From Desulfatiglandales bacterium (GTDB lineage Bacteria > Desulfobacterota > DSM-4660 > Desulfatiglandales > HGW-15), in the NCBI GenBank assembly GCA_963667015.2, contig CAXXJJ010000004.1:3488001-3552000 (forward strand): a stretch of DNA of 64,000 nt, given 5' to 3'. This document shows, piece after piece, positions 38,243 through 47,545 of this stretch. Position 1 is the first letter of the stretch; each line of letters begins with the position of its first letter. The translations under genes and the position numbers were made by a program. Below the pieces are notes generated by a model that saw only the letters and a program-made list of their open reading frames with translations, was not told the origin of the DNA and ran no database searches.

Positions 38243-39001
38243 CTATTTATCTTCTCTGCCCGAATTAAAAAACTCTTTCACATATTTATTATGACTGTGC
38301 TCCTTCAGATAGTTGGGATCACCCTCGGCTATTATACCCTTTGCCTGTTTGTCCAGCATGATAACCCTTTGCGCTATTGTAAATATGCTTGAAAGCTCAT
38401 GTGTAACGACCACCATGGTTGTTCCCAGTATTCTGTTCAGGTTCAGTATAAGGTCGTCGAGTCCCGCAGAAGTTACCGGATCAAGCCCGGCTGACGGCTC
38501 ATCAAAAAAAAGAATCTTCGGATTGAGCGCCATGGCCCGGGCAAGGCCTGCCCTTTTTTTCATTCCGCCGCTGAGCTCGGAAGGCAGATAGTCCTCGTAA
38601 CCATCAAGGTCTACCAGCCTCAGCTTCATTTTTACCATCCTGGCTATTGATTCTTCAGGAAGATCGGTATATTCCCTTATGGGAAGAGCGATATTCTCAC
38701 CAATGGTCATGGAGCCAAGGAGGGCTGATCCCTGATATAAAACCCCTATCTTTCGGAGGATCCGCTTAAAGGTTATGCCATCATTTTCCGTTATCCTGTC
38801 GCCGTCTATCACTATTTCACCGGAAAGGGGTTTAATCAGCCCGATCAGATGTTTGAGCAGTGTGCTTTTTCCGCAGCCGCTTCCGCCCAGGATAACAAAG
38901 ATCTCCCCTTCAGCAACGTCAAAGGAGACATCATCCAGTATGACTGTTTCGCCATAGCCGCCGACAAGATTTTCAACCTTTATAATTGGTTTTTCATCCA
39001 T
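38243..39001 (-). CDS. ABC ATPase, MlaF-like
   Basis: GGSGCGKS, LSGGMKKRAGLARA, FFDEPSAGLDP. Confidence 0.9.
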   Translation of the reverse strand: MDEKPIIKVENLVGGYGETVILDDVSFDVAEGEIFVILGGSGCGKSTLLKHLIGLIKPLSGEIVIDGDRITENDGITFKRILRKIGVLYQGSALLGSMTIGENIALPIREYTDLPEESIARMVKMKLRLVDLDGYEDYLPSELSGGMKKRAGLARAMALNPKILFFDEPSAGLDPVTSAGLDDLILNLNRILGTTMVVVTHELSSIFTIAQRVIMLDKQAKGIIAEGDPNYLKEHSHNKYVKEFFNSGREDK

Positions 39002-39002
39002 C

Positions 39003-40154
39003 CTAGAACCAGTAAACATGAATAATCGCAAAGATTGAATCTATCACGACTATCAAAAAAATGCTGCTGACAACCGCAGAGGTTGTTGCCCGTCCCACTG
39101 AATCGGCCCCTCCCCTTACCTGAAATCCCCTCAGGCAACCGATCCACGAAATAATAATGGCAAACACAAAACTTTTCATGACTCCCCAGAATACATAAAA
39201 GAGGGTCAAGGACCTGAGCGTCTGGGCCACATAAGCATGGGGCGAAATATCAAGAACAAAGACACCGACCACCATGCCTCCCAGAACGGCAAACACATCA
39301 GAAAAGAGGGTCAGTATCGGGACAACTACTATTGAAGCAAATATCTTCGGAACAACAAGAAATCTCGTAGGATCAAATCCCATTGTAAAGAGCGCGTCTA
39401 TCTCCTCCGATACCTTCATTGTTCCGATTTCCGAGGCAAAGGATGACCCGCTTCTTCCCGCCACAATTATACAGGTCATAATGGGTCCGAGTTCATATGT
39501 CATGGCCAGGGCAACCAGGGATGCCACATAAATATCAGCCCCAAACTGTCTCAGCTGTATGGATGACATAAAGGCGATTATAAGCCCCATCAGAATACTG
39601 ATGAGGGCCACAATCGGAAGGGCATCAACTCCTGCCCTCTGCATAAAATAAAGTGTATCCCCTTTTCTCAGGGCTCTGGGATGGGTGATAATATACAAAA
39701 CAGCCAGAAATACCGATCCCATAAAGGATATCTCGTATTTAAGGTTAAAAACTGTATTAAGCGTATCCTCGCCAAGGCGTACAAAAAAACCTGCCGGTCT
39801 TTTTTTCTCTATTCCCGTTTCTGTGCCTGCTGTTTCAAAATCCATTAATGAGAGGATGCTCACTATTTCTTCACCTGCGTTAAGTATCCGGAAGGAGTTT
39901 TTATCCTTCAGCATTTCTCTCAATTCCGAAAGGGCAAGGACACCGTAGTCATCCATGAATGAAACATCTTTAAGATCAACGGTAAGAGATGATGGAGTAT
40001 GATGCTTTATATCTTTTTTTATTTCTCTGAGAAAGGAACTTACATTAACCGAATTAATACTGCCGTTTATATTGAGCAGCAGCTCTCCTTCTCCCCTGTC
40101 ACTAAATTCATAGTTATAGGAATCAGGGGTATTATCTGGTTTATTTATTTCCAT
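39003..40154 (-). CDS. MlaE-family permease with N-terminal STAS domain
   Basis: STAS (DLKDVSFMDDYG); ELGP, AGRSGS, EEIDAL, VGRATT. Confidence 0.9.
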   Translation of the reverse strand: MEINKPDNTPDSYNYEFSDRGEGELLLNINGSINSVNVSSFLREIKKDIKHHTPSSLTVDLKDVSFMDDYGVLALSELREMLKDKNSFRILNAGEEIVSILSLMDFETAGTETGIEKKRPAGFFVRLGEDTLNTVFNLKYEISFMGSVFLAVLYIITHPRALRKGDTLYFMQRAGVDALPIVALISILMGLIIAFMSSIQLRQFGADIYVASLVALAMTYELGPIMTCIIVAGRSGSSFASEIGTMKVSEEIDALFTMGFDPTRFLVVPKIFASIVVVPILTLFSDVFAVLGGMVVGVFVLDISPHAYVAQTLRSLTLFYVFWGVMKSFVFAIIISWIGCLRGFQVRGGADSVGRATTSAVVSSIFLIVVIDSIFAIIHVYWF

Positions 40155-40184
40155 TCCCGGGATTTTTCATCAAAAGTTTAACAA

Positions 40185-41501
40185 TTATTTTCGCTCAAAC
40201 CTGAACCCAAGCAGGTCATCTTCATTTATTCCATACTTTTCAGCCAGCTCTTCAGGATCAAGCTGAAATACTATCCACCCTTCAGGGATATTGTCGCTGC
40301 TGCACTCAAAGGCCAGTTCCAGTCCCTTTTTTCCCATGGGATGATTCTTGTCTGCGCGGTAAAGTGTAAGGACCTTGTGAAGGGACCTGTCACTTCCTTT
40401 AAATTCAATGCCGGAATAACTGCTCCCTATGATCTGTGAGTCTTCAGGGTTTTCGCCTTTAATATCCAGGGCATCGAACACGGTCAGATCTTTATTGAGC
40501 AGGACAATTCCTGTGTAGGGTATATCCGAGACCTCCTGGACCAAAGCGAATTCCTTGAGGATGTCGTGGGTCTTTATGCCGTCCTTTGATTTAAAATGAT
40601 TTTTTAACAGAGATTTTAACAGGAAAAAATCCTTTCCCAGATCATTTTTAAATTCCTTCTTTGCCGAAATGGTAAAATCAGTTCTGTTAGTCGAAAGAAA
40701 TTTATATGAGAAAAAAACCATGGGCAAAAATATTATCAGGGCCAGCACCAGAGGTATAATCTTTTTGCGTACACGATGGTAATGCTGTTCCATCTCCCTG
40801 AAACGGGTCACATCCCTGCCTATTGAAAGAAGCCCCTGGTAGTTATGGTGCCCGTCATATAATACAGTTGTGCTCGTTGCGATGTAACGAATCCCCTTTT
40901 CCGGATGCTTTATTCTCAGGACCTTTTCCCTGACCGAATACCTGGATGTAAGATCATCACGATAACCGTTATACTCCTCCGGTTCTTCATATATATCCTC
41001 TATCGGTTTATAATGCATATCATCCCATGACCTGCCATACATCTTTTCGGCCACACTGTTCCATGTGAGTATTTTGCCGTCTTTGTTGGTAACAGTCACA
41101 GCGTCGGGAAGCTGATCGCAAAACTCCTTTAATCCATAGAGTATCTGGCTGGTTTCATCAAGGCGTCTCGCCAGCATAAAGGTAATGTCTCTTGCAATCT
41201 CAGGTGAACTGTCCAGGAAATTAGCAATATCTGCCTTTAAGATCTTTAATGCCTTAACATCCTTTACCACCTTGACCGTTGCTGTACGTTTTCCACCCAG
41301 CAGTACGGACATCTCACCAAAAAGTTCACCGGGTTTATTTATCTCGGATATCTTTTTGTTACCTTTAAGTATCTCCAGTTCACCCGATATCAGTATAAAA
41401 AGGTCTTCAGAATCATCTCCTTCTGTGAAGATAATCTGGCCAACCTCAAAGGAGACCATATATTTTAACAGTTCGGGATTGTTTATTATTTTTTCGAGCA
41501 T
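40185..41501 (-). CDS. cNMP-binding + PAS + TM + extracytoplasmic domain protein
   Basis: FGEMSVL...RTATV; PAS LPDAV...WNSVAEKMYG...RDVT; TM IIPLVLALIIFLPMVFF. Confidence 0.8.
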   Translation of the reverse strand: MLEKIINNPELLKYMVSFEVGQIIFTEGDDSEDLFILISGELEILKGNKKISEINKPGELFGEMSVLLGGKRTATVKVVKDVKALKILKADIANFLDSSPEIARDITFMLARRLDETSQILYGLKEFCDQLPDAVTVTNKDGKILTWNSVAEKMYGRSWDDMHYKPIEDIYEEPEEYNGYRDDLTSRYSVREKVLRIKHPEKGIRYIATSTTVLYDGHHNYQGLLSIGRDVTRFREMEQHYHRVRKKIIPLVLALIIFLPMVFFSYKFLSTNRTDFTISAKKEFKNDLGKDFFLLKSLLKNHFKSKDGIKTHDILKEFALVQEVSDIPYTGIVLLNKDLTVFDALDIKGENPEDSQIIGSSYSGIEFKGSDRSLHKVLTLYRADKNHPMGKKGLELAFECSSDNIPEGWIVFQLDPEELAEKYGINEDDLLGFRFERK

Positions 41502-41757
41502 ATGATTTTTATCCGGCCTGAAAATCCTTTCTCTTTAATATGCAAACCTGAAAAATTTCCCTTTTTCGGATATGGAGGGCACAGGGAAAGGGAGCTAAAT
41601 CGGTTTAATGAAGTATAAAAAATGGTATCCCCTGAGTCAAGATAAGGTTTATTTTAGCCTCCCTTAATAATGAACAAAGAGATTTAATTTCAATACTGAC
41701 TTTAACGTAAAAATAAGTTATCTTTGACAAAATAATTTCTGCTAAAGGAGTTTTGGC

Positions 41758-42522
41758 ATGGATACCGTGATAACTTTCAAGGCCGGAGAAACAGTAATAG
41801 AAGAAGGCGATGAAGGTTCCTGGGCCTATGTAATCCTGTCGGGCAAGGTCAGGGTTTTCAAAAATACCGGACTGGGCGAGACAACACTCGCTATTATGGA
41901 GAACGGCCAGGTATTTGGTGAAATGGCCCTTATAGAAGACCGGCCTCGGTCTGCATCTGTAAAGGCGGAAACCAGTCTCAAGCTGAGGGTTATCAACAGG
42001 GAGCAATTTAACGAACTTTTAAGGGAAAATCCATCCAGGCTTATACCTATAATGAAAAGTCTTTTTGAAAGGCTCCGACAATGCAGCAAGATGGTGGCAG
42101 AAAGGGCCGAAGACAATATTGCAGGATACAAAAACAATGTTGAGATCGTAATGGAGGGGCAGTCCGTGGAGGCAAAGAAGGCCCTTAATGACAGGAAACT
42201 CCTTATAACCCAGTTTCCCTTCAGGATAGGTCGACATGTTCCTGCCTTTGACTCTGAAACAGATGTCTTTTATAATAACAATCTCGCTATTGAGGAAGAA
42301 AAACCCTATGTTATTTCAAGGAATCACCTTTCCATTAATTATGAGGGGGGAAAGTTCTGGGTGGTTGACAGGGGAAGCGCATTCGGCCTTGTTGTAAACG
42401 GACAGGAAATAGGCGGTAAGGCTCCAAGATCCCGCATAGCCCTGGATCTGGAACAAAACCAGTTAATCATAGGACCTCCCACATCGGGCTTCATTTTCCT
42501 GATAAATAAAATTATCAACTGA
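41758..42522 (+). CDS. cNMP-binding + FHA domain protein
   Basis: FGEMALI..RPRSASV; FHA-like IGR...ISRNH...DRGSAFG.VVNG. Confidence 0.82.
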   Translation: MDTVITFKAGETVIEEGDEGSWAYVILSGKVRVFKNTGLGETTLAIMENGQVFGEMALIEDRPRSASVKAETSLKLRVINREQFNELLRENPSRLIPIMKSLFERLRQCSKMVAERAEDNIAGYKNNVEIVMEGQSVEAKKALNDRKLLITQFPFRIGRHVPAFDSETDVFYNNNLAIEEEKPYVISRNHLSINYEGGKFWVVDRGSAFGLVVNGQEIGGKAPRSRIALDLEQNQLIIGPPTSGFIFLINKIIN

Positions 42523-42610
42523 CATCGGTTATCTCTGGCTTTACCCTTACACCTTGAGCCGGATACCTTATACCGCGTTTTAGACATGATCCCCGCTACC
42601 GGAGTGAATA

Positions 42611-43918
42611 ATGAATGACAATATACTTTGGCTGATTCTGGCCGGAACTGTTATAACGACAATCCTGGTGGTTATAATATTGTTCCGCTTATCAAAAGGC
42701 CTTGCAGATATAGGTAAAGGAGTCCGCGACGAACTCCGGGAAGGACGGGAGGAAGCCAGGGGTGCAGGCAGGGAACTCCGAGAGGAGGTCTCAAACGGTT
42801 TGAAGTCAACCTACAGGATGCTCTTCAAAATGCTGGAAGGCATGGGAAAAGGCCAGCAGGCAAAACTTGACGCCATGACAAAACAGCTGAAGGAAATCAA
42901 CGAATCCAACCAGGAGGCGCTTGATAAAGTCAGGACCACCTTTGATGATCGGGTAAAGGAACTTCAGGAGAGCAATGAGAAGAAACTGGAGGAAATGCGC
43001 AAGACTGTAGATGAAAAGCTGCACGATACCCTTGAGAAAAGACTTGGGGAATCCTTTAAACTGGTGAGTGACAGGCTGGAGGCGGTGCATAAAGGCCTTG
43101 GGGAGATGCAGAATCTTGCTGCAGGCGTGGGAGACCTTAAAAGGGTGCTGACCAATGTTAAGGCCCGTGGAACATGGGGTGAGGTTCAGCTTGGAGCAAT
43201 ACTGGAACAGGTCCTGATACCGGACCAGTACGAGAAGAACGTTCAGGTGAAGGCGTCCTCACAGGAGAGAGTCGAATATGCCATCCGGCTTCCAGGGCCA
43301 AAGGATGATCCCGGGGCCAGTGTCTGGCTTCCCATAGATTCGAAATTTCCCCAGGAGGATTACCTGAGGCTCCAGGAGGCCTCTGAACAGGCGGATCCTG
43401 GACTGGTTCAATCTGCATTGGATGCCCTGGCACGTACTGTTCGATCTGCGGCAAAGGATATTCACGATAAATATGTAAATCCTCCGGAAACAACAGATTT
43501 TGGGATAATGTTTCTTGCAACGGAAGGATTATATGCCGAGGTTCTCAGGCAGCCTGCCCTTGTTGAGGATCTTCAGCACAGGTACCGCGTCGTGATCGCT
43601 GGACCTACAACCCTGGCAGCTATCCTGAACAGCCTTCGCATGGGCTTTCAGACCCTGGCCATAGAAAAAAGATCAGCCGAGGTATGGAGGGTTCTGGCTG
43701 CGGTTAAGACGGAATTCGGAAAGTTTGGTGATGTAATAGACAGGGTCAAACGCCAGCTGGACACGGCAAGCCGGACAATTGATCAGACAGGGGTCAGGAG
43801 CCGCGCCATGGAGAGGACCCTGCGCTCGGTCGAACGTCTGCCGGAAGCCGAGGCATCTAAAATCCTTGTACTGCCCCTGGCAAATGATCAAGATGGCGAA
43901 GGCGAAGATGAAATATGA
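42611..43918 (+). CDS. rmuC: DNA recombination protein RmuC
   Basis: N-terminal TM, coiled coil, RGTWGE, PIDSKFP, GPTTL. Confidence 0.92.
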   Translation: MNDNILWLILAGTVITTILVVIILFRLSKGLADIGKGVRDELREGREEARGAGRELREEVSNGLKSTYRMLFKMLEGMGKGQQAKLDAMTKQLKEINESNQEALDKVRTTFDDRVKELQESNEKKLEEMRKTVDEKLHDTLEKRLGESFKLVSDRLEAVHKGLGEMQNLAAGVGDLKRVLTNVKARGTWGEVQLGAILEQVLIPDQYEKNVQVKASSQERVEYAIRLPGPKDDPGASVWLPIDSKFPQEDYLRLQEASEQADPGLVQSALDALARTVRSAAKDIHDKYVNPPETTDFGIMFLATEGLYAEVLRQPALVEDLQHRYRVVIAGPTTLAAILNSLRMGFQTLAIEKRSAEVWRVLAAVKTEFGKFGDVIDRVKRQLDTASRTIDQTGVRSRAMERTLRSVERLPEAEASKILVLPLANDQDGEGEDEI

Positions 43919-44129
43919 CAGGCTGGTTTCTTTACTCGTGTCCTGCAGGTATATAGCATTGGCTCTCCGCTGCTTTTTTTACAGAAAAACCGGTTAATCT
44001 TTTTCGTGGTTTTTTATCAATATCCAACTACTATACGCACATTAACCTTTATCCATGAAGAGTTCTACTCCTCTTGACAGGAAAACAGAACGTACCTATT
44101 TTTGAATATTTAACAAAGGACCATGCATT

Positions 44130-44933
44130 ATGAATGAATCGGATTATTATGAGCTCCTGCAGGTTGCTGAAAATGCAGATCAGCAGCAGATAAAGGAATC
44201 TTACCGCAAACTTGCCTTTAAGTACCATCCCGACCGGAACCAGGACCCGGAAAGCAGTACAAAAATGAAGAGTGTTAACGAGGCCTATGCAGTTCTCTCC
44301 AATCCTGAGAAGCGGAGGGAATATGACACAATGAGGAGTCGCTACGGCTCAAACGCTTACAGTCATTTTAAAAACAGCTATTCCCAGGAGGATATTTTCA
44401 GGGGATCGGATATAAATCATGTATTTGAAGAGATGGCCAGGAATTTCGGCTTCAGAAGTTTTGACGATATCTTCAAAGAGGCCTATGGTAAGGGCAGTAT
44501 GAGTTTTAAATCTCAAGGACCAGGTTTTACCTCGAGGGGTTTTGTTTTCAGCGGAAGGCCGAATGGGCATGCAGGCTCCGGCAGGGTCTTACGCTTTGTC
44601 CTAAAAAAAATGACCGGCATGGAATTACCGGAAAATGGAAAGGATATTCATGAAAAGATCCGGCTGAACCGCATTCAGGCACGCAATGGCGGACAGCACC
44701 CCTACCTGTTAAAACAGAGATCTGCAAAGCTTCTGGTGCAGGTTCCCCCCGGTGTCCGCGAGGGACAGACCATTCGGCTTGCAGGAATGGGACAGGCCGG
44801 AAAGGGCGGCGGAAAAGCCGGGGACCTCTATTTAAAGGTAATAATCAACACGCCCTTAACAGATAGAATCAGGACACTGTTTTTAAAGATTAAAAAGGCG
44901 TGCATGCAGGTCTGGACCGGAATAAACAGCTAA
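44130..44933 (+). CDS. DnaJ-domain protein (CbpA-like, no zinc finger)
   Basis: DYYELL, YHPDRN, NEAYAVLS; C-terminal GDLYL. Confidence 0.88.
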   Translation: MNESDYYELLQVAENADQQQIKESYRKLAFKYHPDRNQDPESSTKMKSVNEAYAVLSNPEKRREYDTMRSRYGSNAYSHFKNSYSQEDIFRGSDINHVFEEMARNFGFRSFDDIFKEAYGKGSMSFKSQGPGFTSRGFVFSGRPNGHAGSGRVLRFVLKKMTGMELPENGKDIHEKIRLNRIQARNGGQHPYLLKQRSAKLLVQVPPGVREGQTIRLAGMGQAGKGGGKAGDLYLKVIINTPLTDRIRTLFLKIKKACMQVWTGINS

Positions 44934-45030
44934 AACAGCCAAATATATTTTACCTTGACAATGATATTATATTAACATCAAATTAAATTTAAATATCTAT
45001 AATATAAACCTGTCAGGATGGAGGTTTGCT

Positions 45031-47478
45031 GTGTATCAGTTCAGGCCGGTAACAGATCGAATGCATACCATGTATGAAGCGATTCGTGAACGTATATATC
45101 ATGTAGATCCGGAGCGTTCGCTCATCGTCACTGAAGCACATAAAAAATACGAGAATGTTATCCCTCTTCTCAGGTACCCCATGATCTTCCGCGAGATGTG
45201 CGAAAAGATGACCCTGAGGGTCGAAGATTTTGAAATCCTGGTGGCAAACAACAGCAAATATTTTTGCGGAACAATAATCAATCCCATCTGGGGCGGCGCG
45301 GAGATGTATCTTACCCCTGTTGATCAGGGCGAATGGAAAATGGGTGATGACGGCTATTATCACAACTCCGCCACTGATGAACTTCGAATGATTATGAGTC
45401 AGAAGGACTATGACGAGCTTGCTTCTGTTCGTGAATACTGGAAAACCCGTACCTTTACCAGTCAGGCGGATGCATGGCAGCCCGAGGGCTATGATGAACT
45501 GGCAAATCTGGCGGTTCGAGACTTTGGAAAAGACGCCCCGCTTATCCTGATGCCACCCGGTCACATGACACCCGGATACTCAAAAATACTTAATACAGGT
45601 TATGCCGTCATTTCTAAACAGGCAAGAGAGTGGATGGATGCCCACAGGAATAATCTTATGGGTGATGACGTAGAAAAATATCTCTTCTATTCATCTGTAG
45701 AAGTAACCTGCAATGGAGCAACCACTCTGCTCAAAAGATATGGTCAGACATGCCTTGACAAGGCTGCAGGATGCAGTGATCCCCGGCGTAAGGCCGAGCT
45801 TATTCAAATGGGTGAAAACCTGACATGGATTTCCGAGAACCCTGTTCGTACTTTCTGGCAGGCCTGTCAGGCCGCACTGCTTTATGAAATGATGATTTCA
45901 ATGGGCGGTGTAAATGATATCGGCTCTTTCGGCCGATTTGATCAGTATACCTGGCCCTTTTTAAAAAAGGATCTTGAGGAAGGCCGTATTACCATGGACC
46001 AGGCCCAGGAAATTGTCGACTGCTTTTTCATGAAGATAAACAGCTTTTATAACGGCGGTATCGGTCCGCTTGTTCCTATAATCGGAATAGGCAACACCTA
46101 CCTGCATACCACCATAGGTGGCATTGATCCAGATACCGGGGAAGACGCCAGCAACCCGGTTACCTACATGACACTGGAGACAATAGGCAGGCTCAGCCTG
46201 CATGATCCGACCGTTTCTCTTCGTGTACATAAGAATACGCCCGATGAGCTGTGGGCCTGTGCCATTGAGGTAAACAAACTGGTGGGAGGCCTGCCGCTGT
46301 TCCAGAATGATGATGTCATCATCCCGGGTATTATGAAGGAACTTGGCTTCAGCGAGCGAGATGCCAGAGATTACGCCCTTATCGGCTGCCAGGAAATTAC
46401 TGGTTCGGGTAATGACTATGCCGCGGGAAGCGGGATTTCTCCGCCCAGCGGATATCTCCATTACAGTTCCATGCTGAACATGGCAATCAATGACGGCATA
46501 AATCCCTACAATGGCGAACGGTGCCCCATCCATACAGGGTACCTGTACGATATGAATTCCATCGAAGAAGTAAAGGAAGCCTTTACCGCGATTGCCTCTT
46601 ATATAGTCAGGGCACAGGTATCCATTGATAATTATCTCGAATATATTTTTGAGAACAATATGATCTTCCCCATAGTTTCCATATCAGTCGAGGGCTGTAT
46701 GGAAAGCGGAAAGGACATATCCAGCGGAGGAGCCAAATACAACTCCTACGGCGGAACAGCCGTGGGGCTTGCCACCATCGCGGACTCCATCACAGCAATC
46801 AAATACATGTGCTTTGACAAAAAAAGGTGCACAACACGCGAGCTCTACGATGCGGTTATGGCGGACTGGGAGGGATACGAATCTCTCCGCCAGATCATCA
46901 TAAACGAGGTGCCTCACTTTGGAAATGCAGATCCCTATGCAGACATGGAAATGAAGTGGGTTACAGATACCTATTACAGCATATGCAAAGAGTGCTACAG
47001 CGCCAGATCTAAAATTTACAAGGCCGGTATGTACAGCGCGGCCAATCATGTGGCCCAGGGCTACCATACCTGGGCAACACCGGATGGACGAAAGGCCGGC
47101 ACTCCCATCGCCGACGCCGCCTCTCCGGTTCAGGGAAGGGACAGGCAGGGCCCCACGGCTGTTCTTCAATCCGCTCTCTGCTATGACCACAGCAAATTTA
47201 TGGACGGCCTGGCGCTGAATGTGCGGATTCATCCCTCGGTACTTGACCGGGAAGACGGCATCGCAAAGCTGCGTGACATGACAAAGACCTATCTGAATTC
47301 AGGCGGAATGGAGATACAGTATAACATAGTATCCTCAGACACCATGCGCGCGGCCCAGGCCGACCCCGAGACCTATCGTGATCTTGTTGTGCGCATTGCA
47401 GGCTTCTCTGCCTATTTTGTGGAGCTTTCCCTGGACTGCCAGAATGATCTTATTTCACGCACTGAAAACAGCATGTAG
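45031..47478 (+). CDS. Glycyl radical enzyme (PFL2/dehydratase-like family)
   Basis: GRFDQY, Cys loop IGCQE, ATPDGR, glycyl motif VRIAGFSAYF; GTG start, RBS GGAGG. Confidence 0.92.
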   Translation: MYQFRPVTDRMHTMYEAIRERIYHVDPERSLIVTEAHKKYENVIPLLRYPMIFREMCEKMTLRVEDFEILVANNSKYFCGTIINPIWGGAEMYLTPVDQGEWKMGDDGYYHNSATDELRMIMSQKDYDELASVREYWKTRTFTSQADAWQPEGYDELANLAVRDFGKDAPLILMPPGHMTPGYSKILNTGYAVISKQAREWMDAHRNNLMGDDVEKYLFYSSVEVTCNGATTLLKRYGQTCLDKAAGCSDPRRKAELIQMGENLTWISENPVRTFWQACQAALLYEMMISMGGVNDIGSFGRFDQYTWPFLKKDLEEGRITMDQAQEIVDCFFMKINSFYNGGIGPLVPIIGIGNTYLHTTIGGIDPDTGEDASNPVTYMTLETIGRLSLHDPTVSLRVHKNTPDELWACAIEVNKLVGGLPLFQNDDVIIPGIMKELGFSERDARDYALIGCQEITGSGNDYAAGSGISPPSGYLHYSSMLNMAINDGINPYNGERCPIHTGYLYDMNSIEEVKEAFTAIASYIVRAQVSIDNYLEYIFENNMIFPIVSISVEGCMESGKDISSGGAKYNSYGGTAVGLATIADSITAIKYMCFDKKRCTTRELYDAVMADWEGYESLRQIIINEVPHFGNADPYADMEMKWVTDTYYSICKECYSARSKIYKAGMYSAANHVAQGYHTWATPDGRKAGTPIADAASPVQGRDRQGPTAVLQSALCYDHSKFMDGLALNVRIHPSVLDREDGIAKLRDMTKTYLNSGGMEIQYNIVSSDTMRAAQADPETYRDLVVRIAGFSAYFVELSLDCQNDLISRTENSM

Positions 47479-47545
47479 TGTCATGAAACCACGCCTTGTT
47501 TTACAGGCACAACTTCCGGTAACTCTTCAGGCAGAGAAATAAAAT

